Shown piece by piece: positions 15,454-24,859 of a stretch of 32,000 bases of DNA. Source of the stretch: Gemmata obscuriglobus. GTDB lineage: Bacteria > Planctomycetota > Planctomycetia > Gemmatales > Gemmataceae. The stretch is taken from positions 4,020,001 to 4,052,000 of the forward strand of contig NZ_CP042911.1 in NCBI RefSeq assembly GCF_008065095.1, written 5' to 3'. Each line of letters opens with the position of its first letter. The stretch's first letter is position 1. Made by a program: the position numbers and the translations under genes. The notes beneath the pieces were generated by a model. That model was not told the DNA's origin and ran no database searches. It saw only the letters and a program-made list of their open reading frames with translations.

Positions 15454-16633
15454 ATGGGAATCGTCTGGCGCCGCCCGCGACCCGTGTTCGGCGGGAACAT
15501 CTTTGGTGACGTTCTCTTCCTTCCGCACGGGTGGTCGAGCAAGCCGCGGGGCATCCGGTGCCTCCGTTGCTCGGCCTGCGGGAAGAACTTCCCGGAGCGC
15601 GAAGGGACGCCCCTGTTCGGCCTGCACATGAGCGACGAGAAGGGCCTGGACATCGCCCACCACTTGGTCGAGGGCAACGGCATGCGCCCCACGGGCGCCG
15701 GTGCGGGGGCACCCTCAACACGGTGCTCCGGTCCGCCCGCACGACCGGGGACCACGCCCAACGGTTCCACGACCAGATGGTCCGGCACGTCCGTCCAGCC
15801 GCAGCAGGTCCAAGCCGATTAGGCGTGGCCCTATGTGGGGAAAAAAGGCAATAAATGTGACCCCGAGAACGCAGCCGATGACGAATGGGGCAGTTGGTGG
15901 GACCATGCCATCCTGGACACCACGAGCCGCGTCATCGTGACTCTGGTGATGGGGCGCCGGAACCTCGGGATGCTGGAGTCGGCGTGGGCCGACTTCGACG
16001 CGCGAACCGACCGAGGGCGGGTTGCCGGACCTGGTCACCACCGATGAGTACCCGGCATACTCCACGGCCCTGCTGCGGACCGATGGGGTGCCCAAGGCCG
16101 CACTCGAATTGAGCGTCCGGGAGAAGAAGGCGTGTGACTTCGCGTCCCTGCCGGCGGTGTACTTCCCCGAGGAGATCAACCACGCGACGGTGCGCAAGGA
16201 GCGACAGGGCGGGCGCGTGGTGTCGATCGAGAAGCGGATCGTGCGGGGCACCCCGGAGGCCGTGGCCACGGCGCTGACGCGCGGATCGACACCACCCACG
16301 ATCAACGTGAGCTACGTGGAGCGGTGCCACGGCACCCAGCGGCACTTCAACGCCCGCAAGGTGTACACGTTCTCCAAGGCGCTCGCGCTCCACCTCGCGG
16401 TCACCTGGTTGTGCGTAGTGCGGTACAACTTCGGGTGGGCCGTCCGCACGCTCCGCCAGAAGACCCTCGCGAACCCGCCTCGATACCGGCCCCGCACCCC
16501 CGCGATGGTCGCCGGGATCACGGATCATCGATGGACGTTGGAAGAGATACTGACGCGACCATTGTTCCCGCCCAAGACCGCCGCAACAACGCAAACGCTC
16601 GCGAAAGCGGCTCTTGCAACGGAAGGTGAATGA
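15454..16633 (+). pseudogene. IS1-family-like transposase, heavily degraded (at least 3 frameshifts plus an in-frame TAG)
   Basis: Pieces in three frames: Zn-finger/HTH part RCLRCSACGKNFPEREGTPLF...HHLVEGNGMR, then NTVLRSARTTGDHAQRFHDQMVRHV. The next piece is VQAD*AWPYVGKKGNKCDPE...WWDHAILDTTSRVIVTLVMGRR, where TAG 15820-15822 replaces the E of the D-E-x-W motif. The last piece is LVTTDEYPAYSTALL...SYVERCHGTQRHFNARKVYTFSKALALHLAVTWLCVVRYNF. Element ends were not determined. Confidence 0.6.
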
Positions 16634-16708
16634 CGTCACCACCCGGGAGATTAAATTCCCGCCCTTGCCTAATAGCGATTCAGTGGTGAGGGCCGAGAGC
16701 GCTCGGTC

Positions 16709-19363
16709 TTATGGCCGTGCATAGGGAATTCTATCCGGTGCTTTTGGCAGTTCTTTGTTCGGTGCGTCAGCCGGTGCGACGATAAACTGATCGATCTTCC
16801 ATGGAAGTGCCCGGAGTGTGCCGTCGCCCGACACCGTTTGCGTACCGTTCTCCAGGAACGCGACGCCGGTAACGCTCGCAGTGTGCTGGCGGAACGCTGC
16901 GACCTCCTGCTTCGCCGCGGCCGTGTCCCAGAGCCGGAGCGTACGGTCCGTGCCGCCGGTTATAACCCAGCGCCCGTCCTTGATAGCCACGCTGCGCACA
17001 CCGCCTTCGTGTCCGGTCAGGGTGAAGCGGGCTTCTTCTTCACCAACCTGCCAGATGTAGACCGTACCGAGATCGTTGCCGGCCGCGATCCACTTTCCGT
17101 TCGGGCTGATCGCGACCGCCGACAGCGGCGCCGCAAACGTACCGTACCGTTTGAATTCACGACCGTTGGCGAGGTTGAGGAGTACAAGTGCGCTTGGGGT
17201 CGTTACCGCGACGAATGCTCCCTGCGGGTCCACCGCGATCGCTGTGACCAACCCCAACTTCTCCGCGCGCCAACCCTCCTGGCCGTTGACTGTTTTCCAG
17301 TACACGACCGAGCCGTCGAAACTGCCCGACACGATCCACTTACCGTTGGGTGCGAAGGCGACCGCACTGACGAGGCTCGTGTGGTCGTCGAATCTCGCAC
17401 TTTCGAGCCCGGTTGTGAGATCCCAGGCGCGGGCGGTGCCGTCCATGCCGCCCGACGCGGCGAATTTGCCGTCGGGAGTCAGTGCGACTGCCCACACGCT
17501 CGCGGTGTGTCCCACCAGCCGTTTGATGTCGCGCCGGGCCTCGACATCGTAATAGCGGACGCTCCGATCGCCGCTCGCCACCAGCGCCCGGCGCCCGCCG
17601 GGAGCGAACGCCCACTGGTTCGCCGAGTCGCCGCGCGCTTCGAGCGGGTCGAGTTCGCCGGTGTTGTCTTTGAGCGTGGGGCCGTTCAGGTTCGCCTGGT
17701 ACAACCCGCCGAGTTGTAGCTCGCGTGCGATGTCGCCGAACGCCTGCGCCCAGATCTGCCTCGTGACGGTGCCGCCGATTCGGAGCGAGCCGATGTGCCT
17801 CACCAGCGTTTCGGAGTTGCTGATACGGGCGCGGAATTCGTCGGCCGAAAGTCCGACCTCGCTCGCACCGGTGGACAAGTCAACCTCGGTCTCATACTTT
17901 TGTGTGATGGTGCTCACGGCCTCGAAGCGGCTCACGCGAGCCCCGGTCTTCGCAACCACTTCACCGTACCGCTTTGCGTCGGCTTCCATCAGTTTCATCG
18001 CGATGTCTTGGCCGGGGTACAGCGAGCGAATTACATCGGCCTCCGTGCGCTTGAGCGCTTTCGGGTTCTTGTCAAGGTAGTCGCGCACCTGGTCCGCTTT
18101 GGGAAGAATGCCGGTGACGTGGCAAGACATGCACGACACACCTGCTTCGACCGCGCGGTCTGGCCGTTTCGGATCGCTCACGATCGCGAGCGGCCCCTTG
18201 TCGAGGCGGGCGTTGACGGCGCTAGCGAGGTAGAACGCGTGCAACCCGTTCGGTAGCGCGAAGATTGCCTCGCCGCCGGCGTGCTGAAACGGGTTGTCGG
18301 TTAGTCCGCCGGGGCCGAGCGGGAACGCGAAGATGTTACGGCGGTCCGCAAGCATCCCGCCGTTTACGCGGGCCACGAGGTTCGCCGGCGGCTCATCAAA
18401 GTCGTAGGTGCGCCAGTACATACCCTGTGCGGAGTCGTGACGTTCGAGGATGCGGTTGAACCGCGAGATACCGCTCCCGTTAAACCCGACCCGTGCGACA
18501 CGTTCCTGCTTGATGTTCTCGGTGCTGTCGACACGAATGAGCTTTTCGAGGTCTGCAAGGGTGCCGGGCAATTGGAGCACGTCGTAGTAGAGCGGCGCTC
18601 GGGACGCGGTCGCCACGAACCAGTCGGCCCGAACGATCGGCTGCTTGGTAGCGGTGCCCACCGCGACCGCCCGTGCGCTGACGGAGTCGTCCAGCACGCC
18701 GTAAGGGTACTCTTGCAGGACGCGGTTCCAGATCGTCGCGTCCCAGACGTACCAGCGGAGGTCGATGCGCAGCACCGTGCGGTTCGCGTCCACCGCGACG
18801 GGGTTCACGATCTTGGACCCCCACGACAGGCTGTTTACCAGTTTCGAGAGTGCGTTGCGGTACGTTTGAAGCTCTTCGTCGGAGAGTCCCGCGTTGTGGA
18901 GGTGCGTCAGGGTAAAATACCTCTGGAACCGCCGCGCGCGGCGGTCGAGCGTTTCGAGGTCGGCGAGCACCGTGGCGTACATGTTGCCTTGAGTGATTGC
19001 GGCGCGAGGTAGTACGCTCTCTCCGGTTGGTGCTCCGGCCTCGATCCACCTTTTGAGTGCTGCAATTTCGGCCGCACTGGGTCGCGGCTGTTCGTCAGGC
19101 GGTGGCATGGTGCCGTCTTCCATACGGCGGAACAGCCGACTTCCTTTTGGGTCGTTTGGAACGACCTTTTTACGCGCGACGAGTTTCGGAAGGTCGGTAA
19201 CGAAATTCACTGCCCCTTCGACGCTGCCGTCTTGCCCGTGACACCGGTAGCAGTGTGTTTTGAGAACGGTTGTGGCCTGCTGCGCAAGTTGCTTCGCTTC
19301 CTCTGCTGTGCCCGCCGCTGCGGAACCCAACAGGACCAGGACGACGAAAAGGGTTGTGCGCAT
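16709..19363 (-). CDS. Secreted protein with planctomycetal cytochrome-c (PSCyt1-type) N-domain, second CxxCH site and C-terminal WD40 beta-propeller
   Basis: ATG at 19363 verified. Signal peptide MRTTLFVVLVLLGSAAAGTA. First CxxCH at THCYRCHGQDG...MPPP and second at GVSCMSCHVTG. The C-terminal roughly 330 aa carry about 7 WD-like repeats (GHTASVWAVALTPDGKFAASGGMDGTARAWD, HTSLVSAVAFAPNGKWIVSGSFDGSVVYW, GHEGGVRSVAIKDGRWVITGGTDRTLRLWD). Stop is TAA at 16709. Confidence 0.85.
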   Translation of the reverse strand: MRTTLFVVLVLLGSAAAGTAEEAKQLAQQATTVLKTHCYRCHGQDGSVEGAVNFVTDLPKLVARKKVVPNDPKGSRLFRRMEDGTMPPPDEQPRPSAAEIAALKRWIEAGAPTGESVLPRAAITQGNMYATVLADLETLDRRARRFQRYFTLTHLHNAGLSDEELQTYRNALSKLVNSLSWGSKIVNPVAVDANRTVLRIDLRWYVWDATIWNRVLQEYPYGVLDDSVSARAVAVGTATKQPIVRADWFVATASRAPLYYDVLQLPGTLADLEKLIRVDSTENIKQERVARVGFNGSGISRFNRILERHDSAQGMYWRTYDFDEPPANLVARVNGGMLADRRNIFAFPLGPGGLTDNPFQHAGGEAIFALPNGLHAFYLASAVNARLDKGPLAIVSDPKRPDRAVEAGVSCMSCHVTGILPKADQVRDYLDKNPKALKRTEADVIRSLYPGQDIAMKLMEADAKRYGEVVAKTGARVSRFEAVSTITQKYETEVDLSTGASEVGLSADEFRARISNSETLVRHIGSLRIGGTVTRQIWAQAFGDIARELQLGGLYQANLNGPTLKDNTGELDPLEARGDSANQWAFAPGGRRALVASGDRSVRYYDVEARRDIKRLVGHTASVWAVALTPDGKFAASGGMDGTARAWDLTTGLESARFDDHTSLVSAVAFAPNGKWIVSGSFDGSVVYWKTVNGQEGWRAEKLGLVTAIAVDPQGAFVAVTTPSALVLLNLANGREFKRYGTFAAPLSAVAISPNGKWIAAGNDLGTVYIWQVGEEEARFTLTGHEGGVRSVAIKDGRWVITGGTDRTLRLWDTAAAKQEVAAFRQHTASVTGVAFLENGTQTVSGDGTLRALPWKIDQFIVAPADAPNKELPKAPDRIPYARP

Positions 19364-19636
19364 CGACCAGGTTTCCTGAATCGCTGAGGGCGAAAAGCTG
19401 TCATTAATAAGACGGCCCTGGCCGTGCGGTCGATTGCAAGAGCGGGACACGTTGCGCCGGGCCGACGGCTTGTTGCGGGGTTGGACCGGCTCGATCGTGA
19501 GTACACTCGCGCACTTCATTTTCGGCCCGCAACGTGGATGGCACGGATGTTGCTACTCTTCCCTCCACCGGCCGCCGGGCCAGTAAAGCTAGTCGGTGAA
19601 TAACTCGAAATCTGCATCCTGCAAGGAGAACTAATC

Positions 19637-19873
19637 ATGGCGGATACTATCAAGGGCAAGCTGGTCGAAGCGGGCAACGCGATTGGCGAAGCTGCGACCA
19701 AGGTGGGCAACCGAATCAGCGAGAAGGCTGATGAGGTCAAGGATTGGGCCAAGGAGAAGCTGAACAAGGCGCAGAACCGCGCTGATGAGGTTGAGCAGGA
19801 AGCCAAGAACGAGGCCGAGGAGGCGCGGGTCGATGCTGCCGTCAAGAACGAGAACTGTAACCGCTGTTCGTGA
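19637..19873 (+). CDS. Small (78 aa) hydrophilic helical protein, CsbD/LEA-like stress-protein character, C-terminal CNRC motif
   Basis: The ATG at 19637 has a strong SD (AAGGAG, 19623-19628) 8 nt upstream. The sequence MADTIKGKLVEAGNAIGEAATKVGNRISEKADEVKDWAKEKLNKAQNRADEVEQEAKNEAEEAR is K/E/A-rich and amphipathic. A 25-bp-stem hairpin follows. The region is AT-richer than its surroundings. Confidence 0.6.
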   Translation: MADTIKGKLVEAGNAIGEAATKVGNRISEKADEVKDWAKEKLNKAQNRADEVEQEAKNEAEEARVDAAVKNENCNRCS

Positions 19874-19888
19874 GCGAAGTGTGTATTC

Positions 19889-19942
19889 GGCGCGAAGGCC
19901 CGGTGCGGACCGACTACTCGGTCCGCACCGGGCCTTCGCGCC
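19889..19942 (+). terminator. Perfect 25-bp-stem hairpin, probable terminator between convergent genes
   Basis: ggcgcgaaggcccggtgcggaccga-ctac-tcggtccgcaccgggccttcgcgcc, starting 16 nt after the stop of the 78-aa gene. There is no U-tract, so it could act in either direction. Confidence 0.6.
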
Positions 19943-20067
19943 GTGTGTAGACCATTTGCGCTGGGGTAATGGGCGGTCGGCTGTTTTGTCATGTGGACGC
20001 AAGGTGGTTTTTTTCGAAGGAGAGCGTCCTACCGAACTGTGAATGGGCGCTCTCAGCCTCGGAAAAA

Positions 20068-20492
20068 CTACAGCCCGAGTTGCTTGCGGATTTCACTCAC
20101 GATGGTTTTTGAAGTGGCCTTGATGTCAACACGAACGGCGTTCTCCGGTGGTTCCAAAATCTCGAACTGACTGTGCAGTAGAGCAGGGTTCATGAAGTGG
20201 CCTTTGTGCTTCGTTAGTCGATATCATATTATTTATTGAGATATTTGTTAGGTTCACGTAATGAATTTGCTCCGGCCCGTTGAGTTCGGGGTTCGGTCGA
20301 TCCGATCACCCACCGCGGCGCGTCACGGGCGCCGGTCCGCATCGGTGAGGGACATTCCGTTGTGGATTTCTCGACGTTGGCCGCCGGGTGATAGGCGTCT
20401 GCCTCAACAAAAGTCCAGCGAGCTTCTTCGGCCAGTACCTTGCCAATGGTCGATTTGCGTGAACCCGATACTCCCATCAACATGACGATCAT
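20068..20492 (-). pseudogene. gntK: Gluconokinase (GntK-type P-loop kinase) pseudogene
   Basis: N-terminus MIVMLMGVSGSRKSTIGKVLAEE..FVEADAYHPAANVEK has the third Walker-A glycine replaced by R. After a 1-nt loss in an A-run the frame reads IHNGMSLTDADRRP followed by a stop. The middle is shortened relative to E. coli GntK. The C-terminus RLTKHKGHFMNPALLHSQFEILEPPENAVRVDIKATSKTIVSEIRKQLGL* is in yet another frame. The region is AT-rich. Confidence 0.7.
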
Positions 20493-20638
20493 GATTCGGC
20501 TTCAATGAGGGCACCCACGGTAAAAGTGGGCAAGCGGTGAGCCCGCGACTGGAGGTGTTCGATCGTCACCGCCACTTTCTTGGTGACCAGTTCTGGAACA
20601 CTTCGCTTCGCATATTGTTGGTAAGAGGTTGCGATGCG

Positions 20639-22235
20639 GTAAGCGTTCACAGTTGATGCGGGTGTATCTCAACAGCCAGCGAAAGTTGGGTTCATCATCG
20701 GTGGTTGTTGAGCCGGGACCGGGATCAGTGTTGGTGGCTTTGCCCCGGTACGGTGTGCGGTGACGGCGTCGGTGAGGAATGCGAGCACGTTGCGGCCCTG
20801 CCGGCGACACGAGGCCAGGACCGTGAGGATCCGCTCCACGAACCGGCTACCGCGTTCGGAGTCGGTGCCGTAGCTGGTCTTGCGCCAGCACACGGCGTGA
20901 CGCAGGGCCCGCTCGGCCGCGTTGTTGGTCGGTTCCACCCCGCCCACGCGTGCGAACGTCCACAGGGCCGGCTCCACCGCCAACAGCTCGCGGCACACGG
21001 CCCCGGTCTTGGGGCACCCGCACCGGCCCCCGTGCCCCAGGTGCGTGCGGAACCGGGCCCGCACGGCGCGGGCGTACACGCGAGCGAACGTGGACCGGGC
21101 TAACGTCCCGTCCCGCACCCGGAACCAGTGCCCGAACAGTTCGTCGGAACAGGCCAACAGGGCGGCCCCGATCGGGGATCCGTCGTTGCCCCGATCGATC
21201 ATCGCCTGGAAGTCCCGCCGCAGGTGCGCCCAGCACACCTGGCGCCGATGCACCGGCAGATGCGTGTACACCGGATACCGATCGGTCGTGTGGACCTGGG
21301 CGGACCCGTCCCGCAGGTCGTCGAACGCGCTCCGGCCCCGGGTGGCGCGGATCAGGAATGCGACCACCGAGGTGCTCACCGCGACCCACAACCAGGCCCG
21401 CTGGCGCCCTTGCGTCCAGCCCGTTTCGTCCACGTTCGCCGGGTGCCCGCGGGTGTACGCGAGAGCCGCTTCGGCCACCGGGGCCAGAGCCGCCGCGGTC
21501 GTGTGCTGGAGTTTGCACACCGTGGCCGGACGGATGGGCAACCCGAACAGGTCGTCGAACAGTTGGCTCACCACCCGCTTGCCCAGGCGGCACGAACCGG
21601 TGAGCATGGCGGCCACCGCCTGGACCCGGGGACCGTACCCGGGAGCCGCGTCGGCGGGCACCGGTGCGGTCGTCACGGCGCCGCAGTGCGGGCACCGGAG
21701 CCGATGGCACCGATACTCGGTCACCTGCGGCCGGACGACCGGGATCTCATGCACCTGGTGAATCGACGGGTTCGGGTCGTCCCCGGTGAGTGGGCACGCA
21801 CACCCGCGGCAGGTGTCCGGTTTGAGGGTGTGGACCGTGTCGGGCGGCAGCACGGTGCGCTCGGCCTTGGGGTGCCCCGATTGACCGCCGCGCCGCTTCC
21901 CCGAGGGACTCTTGGGCGGGGCCGGCTTCACCTGCGGACCATCCGACGAGGGCGGTTTCGACGAGTTGCTGGAATTCTGGTTGAGCCGGGTCTGAAGGTC
22001 GGCCACCGTGACCTGGAGAGCCGCGACCGTGGCCTGCAACTGCGCAACCGTCGCTTCCAGCGCACGAATGTACGCCACCACCGCTGGCGGCAGGTCACTC
22101 GGTAGCTCCGGCGGTTGAGGAACAGATGTCATCGCGTCCGTTCGATTACGGAACACCGGCTCTTGAGGCAACCCCGCGCAGAATCGAGTCACAAAGGCCT
22201 GGAAAATGCACGGCCCGCACCCCGTGAACGGTTAC
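20639..22235 (-). mobile_element. IS66-family insertion sequence (single-ORF type), 1597 bp, flanked by 8-bp target-site duplication
   Basis: Terminal IRs are GTAAGCGTTCAC... (20639 onward) and the reverse complement of 22235 downward, GTAACCGTTCAC...TGCGGG. They match at 11 of the first 12 positions and have the GTAAGCG-type IS66 terminus. The direct repeat GCGATGCG is present at 20631-20638 and 22236-22243. Confidence 0.88.
20669..22132 (-). CDS. IS66-family transposase (uninterrupted)
   Basis: ATG at 22132 verified. N-terminal coiled coil YIRALEATVAQLQATVAALQ, then NSSNSSKPPSSDG. Zn motifs are CRGCACPL and CPHCG. Catalytic region has NVDETGW, CWAHLRRDF and TNNAAERALRHAVCWRKTSYGT. There is no frameshift or internal stop. 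No IS66-type tnpA or tnpB ORFs lie inside the element. Confidence 0.9.
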   Translation of the reverse strand: MTSVPQPPELPSDLPPAVVAYIRALEATVAQLQATVAALQVTVADLQTRLNQNSSNSSKPPSSDGPQVKPAPPKSPSGKRRGGQSGHPKAERTVLPPDTVHTLKPDTCRGCACPLTGDDPNPSIHQVHEIPVVRPQVTEYRCHRLRCPHCGAVTTAPVPADAAPGYGPRVQAVAAMLTGSCRLGKRVVSQLFDDLFGLPIRPATVCKLQHTTAAALAPVAEAALAYTRGHPANVDETGWTQGRQRAWLWVAVSTSVVAFLIRATRGRSAFDDLRDGSAQVHTTDRYPVYTHLPVHRRQVCWAHLRRDFQAMIDRGNDGSPIGAALLACSDELFGHWFRVRDGTLARSTFARVYARAVRARFRTHLGHGGRCGCPKTGAVCRELLAVEPALWTFARVGGVEPTNNAAERALRHAVCWRKTSYGTDSERGSRFVERILTVLASCRRQGRNVLAFLTDAVTAHRTGAKPPTLIPVPAQQPPMMNPTFAGC

Positions 22236-22311
22236 GCGATGCGTGTTGAGGTGGACCCGCGTTCTTAGTCGCTAAAGCTTGTTGACGGCGGCAGAGAATC
22301 GAGCGCGAGAT

Positions 22312-24537
22312 TCATGCGGCTCGCGTGTCGAGGTACGCGAAAACGATGCGGATGGCGTCGTAGTTCACTTCGCCGTTGAGTTCCTCGTACACCGGCTTCA
22401 ACCGCGCGACGCCGTGGATCTCGGCAGCAGCAGCAACGCGCTCGCACACATCTTCCGATACCCATGCGAAGATCGACGGGGGCTTTTGTGTTCGCACGAA
22501 TTCGGCCAAGTACTCCGTTACGGTCGACGCCGCAAGTTCCGCCTCCTTGGCGACGTACTCGACGGACGCGCCGCTGCGGAACAGCTTGAACGCGAGTTCC
22601 TTTTTCGCGGACGGTTTCGCGACTGTTGTCGGCCCGAGCGCCGCTCGTGAGCCCGGGGTTACCTTGGGCAGCGGGACGTTCTCTTCCAAGCCGGTGCGCA
22701 GGCAATGCGCCACAATCGCCTTGAGGAAAACGCGCCCGAATTGCTGGGCGCGGTATTCCCCGACGCCCGAGATGCGTTTCAGTGTGTCCTCGTTGGTCGG
22801 GCGGCCGCGGGCCATTTCCGCGAGCACCGCGTCGGTAAACACCTGATACGGTTGCACTCCCGCGCGGGATGCTTCCTGGCGCCGTAGCTGCCGCAACATC
22901 TCGAACAGCGCCGCGTCGGCACCGGGCGGCAGCGCAAACGGTTGCGCCTTTCCGCCGTCAGCACTGCGCTTCGCACGCCGCGCGAGCTGGATGAGCCGGA
23001 TCGTGGACCGTCCGCTCATCACGTCCCAAGATGTCGTGTTGAGTTTAAGAACGGGGTACTCGTCTCCGGACTGGACCAGTGCGCCCTGGCCGATGAGTTG
23101 ATAAATCCAGTCCCGCAGGTCGTTCTTTGGGACGTTCTTTAACAGGCCGTAGGTCGTGAGCTGGTGGTGGCTGCGGCTGCGGATCGCGGCCGTGTCCGCT
23201 CCGCGCAGCACCTCGATTACGTGCGCGGTGCCGAAGCTCTCCTTCAGGCGGGCCACGCACGAGAGTATCTTCTTCGCCACGGTCATCGCGTCGGGCACTT
23301 CTTGAGTGTCTCCCAAGCAGATGTCACACGCGCCGCAGTTAGGGGAGTCGTAGGTCTGGCCGAAGTGCTGTACGAGCGCCTTGTGCCGGCACACCGCGCC
23401 GCGACAGTAGCGGGCCATCTCTTCGAGGTGTTTGACGCTGGTTGCGACGTACTCCGCGGACGCCCCGCCCTCTTCGCCCGATTTCTCGATCATCCACTTG
23501 AGCGAAAGGAAATCCTGGCCCGAGTAGAAGAGGACGCACTCGGACTCCAACCCGTCGCGGCCGGCGCGGCCGGTTTCCTGCTGGTAGTGCTCGATCGTCT
23601 TGGGCATCGCGGCGTGTATCACGAACCGTACGTTAGAGCGGTCGATGCCCATGCCGAACGCGACCGTCGCGACGACCACATCGGCCTCTTCCGCGGCGAA
23701 CGCGTCCTGGGTGGCGCGGCGGGCGGCGTTCTCCATTCCGGCGTGGTACGGCACCGCGCGGTATCCGGCTGCCTTGAGCGCCGCGCACATCTCGTCCACG
23801 TCCTTCTTGCGGAGGCAGTAGACGATGCCCGCATCGCCCGGGTGGCGGTCGATCACCTCACGCACCTGGGCGTGCATCTCGACCCTGGGCAGCACGCGAA
23901 ACGTGAGGTTCGGGCGGTCGAAGCTGCCGACGTGGATCTCGGGCTGGCGCAGGTTCAGTTGCTGGATGATGTCGCGCCGCACCTGCTCGGTGGCGGTCGC
24001 GGTATAAGCGTGGACCGAGGCCTTGGGGAAGAACTCGCGCATCCGCGCGAGCTGACGGTATTCGGGGCGGAAGTCGTGCCCCCAATGGCTCACGCAGTGT
24101 GCCTCGTCCACTGCGATGGTGTGCGTGTTGGCCGATTGCAGGAGCCGAAAGATCTCGGTGTTAACCAACCGCTCGGGCGAGGTGAACACGAGTCGGGTGG
24201 TGCCGGTGCGGATGCCCTCGAAGGTGGCGGCACGCTCGGCTGCGGTGAGCGTGCTGTCGAGCCGGGCCGCGGGCACGCCGATGCGCGTGAGGCCGTCTAC
24301 CTGGTCCTTCATGAGGGCAATGAGCGGCGACACGACGATCGTGAGTCCGCCCTGCACGACTGCGGGAGCCTGGAAGCAGAGCGATTTCCCGCCACCGGTG
24401 GGCAGGACCACGAGCGAGTCGCGGCGGTTGAGGACGGCCCGGATCGCGTGTTCCTGGAGCGGCCGGAGCGACGCGAACCCCCAGTGCCGCTGAACGGCGT
24501 CGAACAGCTCCGGGGGGAGCGGCTTGGAGCCCAACAC
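22312..24537 (-). CDS. recQ: ATP-dependent DNA helicase RecQ with extra C-terminal HTH-like domain
   Basis: Motifs are FASLRPLQEHAI, LPTGGGKSLCFQ and DEAHCVSHWGHDFRPEY. The RQC Zn cluster is CRHKALVQHFG...CGACDIC. The HRDC part is LFEMLRQLRRQEASRAGVQPYQVFTDAVLAEMA...ISGVGEYRAQQFG. An extra roughly 110-aa tail follows (LFRSGASVEYVAKEAELAASTVTEYLAEF). The start is GTG at 24537 and its exact position is uncertain. Confidence 0.92.
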   Translation of the reverse strand: MLGSKPLPPELFDAVQRHWGFASLRPLQEHAIRAVLNRRDSLVVLPTGGGKSLCFQAPAVVQGGLTIVVSPLIALMKDQVDGLTRIGVPAARLDSTLTAAERAATFEGIRTGTTRLVFTSPERLVNTEIFRLLQSANTHTIAVDEAHCVSHWGHDFRPEYRQLARMREFFPKASVHAYTATATEQVRRDIIQQLNLRQPEIHVGSFDRPNLTFRVLPRVEMHAQVREVIDRHPGDAGIVYCLRKKDVDEMCAALKAAGYRAVPYHAGMENAARRATQDAFAAEEADVVVATVAFGMGIDRSNVRFVIHAAMPKTIEHYQQETGRAGRDGLESECVLFYSGQDFLSLKWMIEKSGEEGGASAEYVATSVKHLEEMARYCRGAVCRHKALVQHFGQTYDSPNCGACDICLGDTQEVPDAMTVAKKILSCVARLKESFGTAHVIEVLRGADTAAIRSRSHHQLTTYGLLKNVPKNDLRDWIYQLIGQGALVQSGDEYPVLKLNTTSWDVMSGRSTIRLIQLARRAKRSADGGKAQPFALPPGADAALFEMLRQLRRQEASRAGVQPYQVFTDAVLAEMARGRPTNEDTLKRISGVGEYRAQQFGRVFLKAIVAHCLRTGLEENVPLPKVTPGSRAALGPTTVAKPSAKKELAFKLFRSGASVEYVAKEAELAASTVTEYLAEFVRTQKPPSIFAWVSEDVCERVAAAAEIHGVARLKPVYEELNGEVNYDAIRIVFAYLDTRAA

Positions 24538-24859
24538 GTTCGACCTCGAAAGGAATCGCGGAAGAATATAGACATCCGTACCGTACCCGAATCGTACGCG
24601 ATTCGTCTACCCCGGGTGCGGTAGAATAAGTGGCACGTGTGCGAGGCGTGTGGGTTTTGACGAGAGTCTGCCGGATGTCCGGAATCGGTCGCGGCAGCGG
24701 TTGTGAATGGATTGCAGGCTCGGTAGGATGCGCGTGTAGTTAGTGGGTCATTTGCCACGCCCGTAGCCATTGCCGAATCGTGTGAATCCCAGCGCGCGTA
24801 AGGGGTTTTCGCGGATGGATGAGTCATGGTTATGGCCACGAGCGAAGCAAGCGACTCAC

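Noticed and set aside
15254-15454. A 66-aa ORF with Cys cluster and C-terminal TM helix (GSCIRVPSCVACV...WLVAVVVVVGAAAVALAFYAGRVLL), a possible small anti-sigma-like membrane protein.
   Set aside because: It has a GTG start without an SD. Only the second half has the GC3 bias of real genes here. It lies in a region of overlapping alternative frames next to the IS1-like relic. It is probably a fragment rather than a gene.
15505-16640. GGTGACGT at 15505 and its inverse at 16633-16640 as IS1-type terminal inverted repeats (compare IS1 GGTGATGC).
   Set aside because: Only 8 bp match. The left site would fall inside the Zn-finger-coding N-terminus of the transposase. The right site is part of a tgacgtca palindrome overlapping the stop codon. 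This is insufficient to define the element ends.
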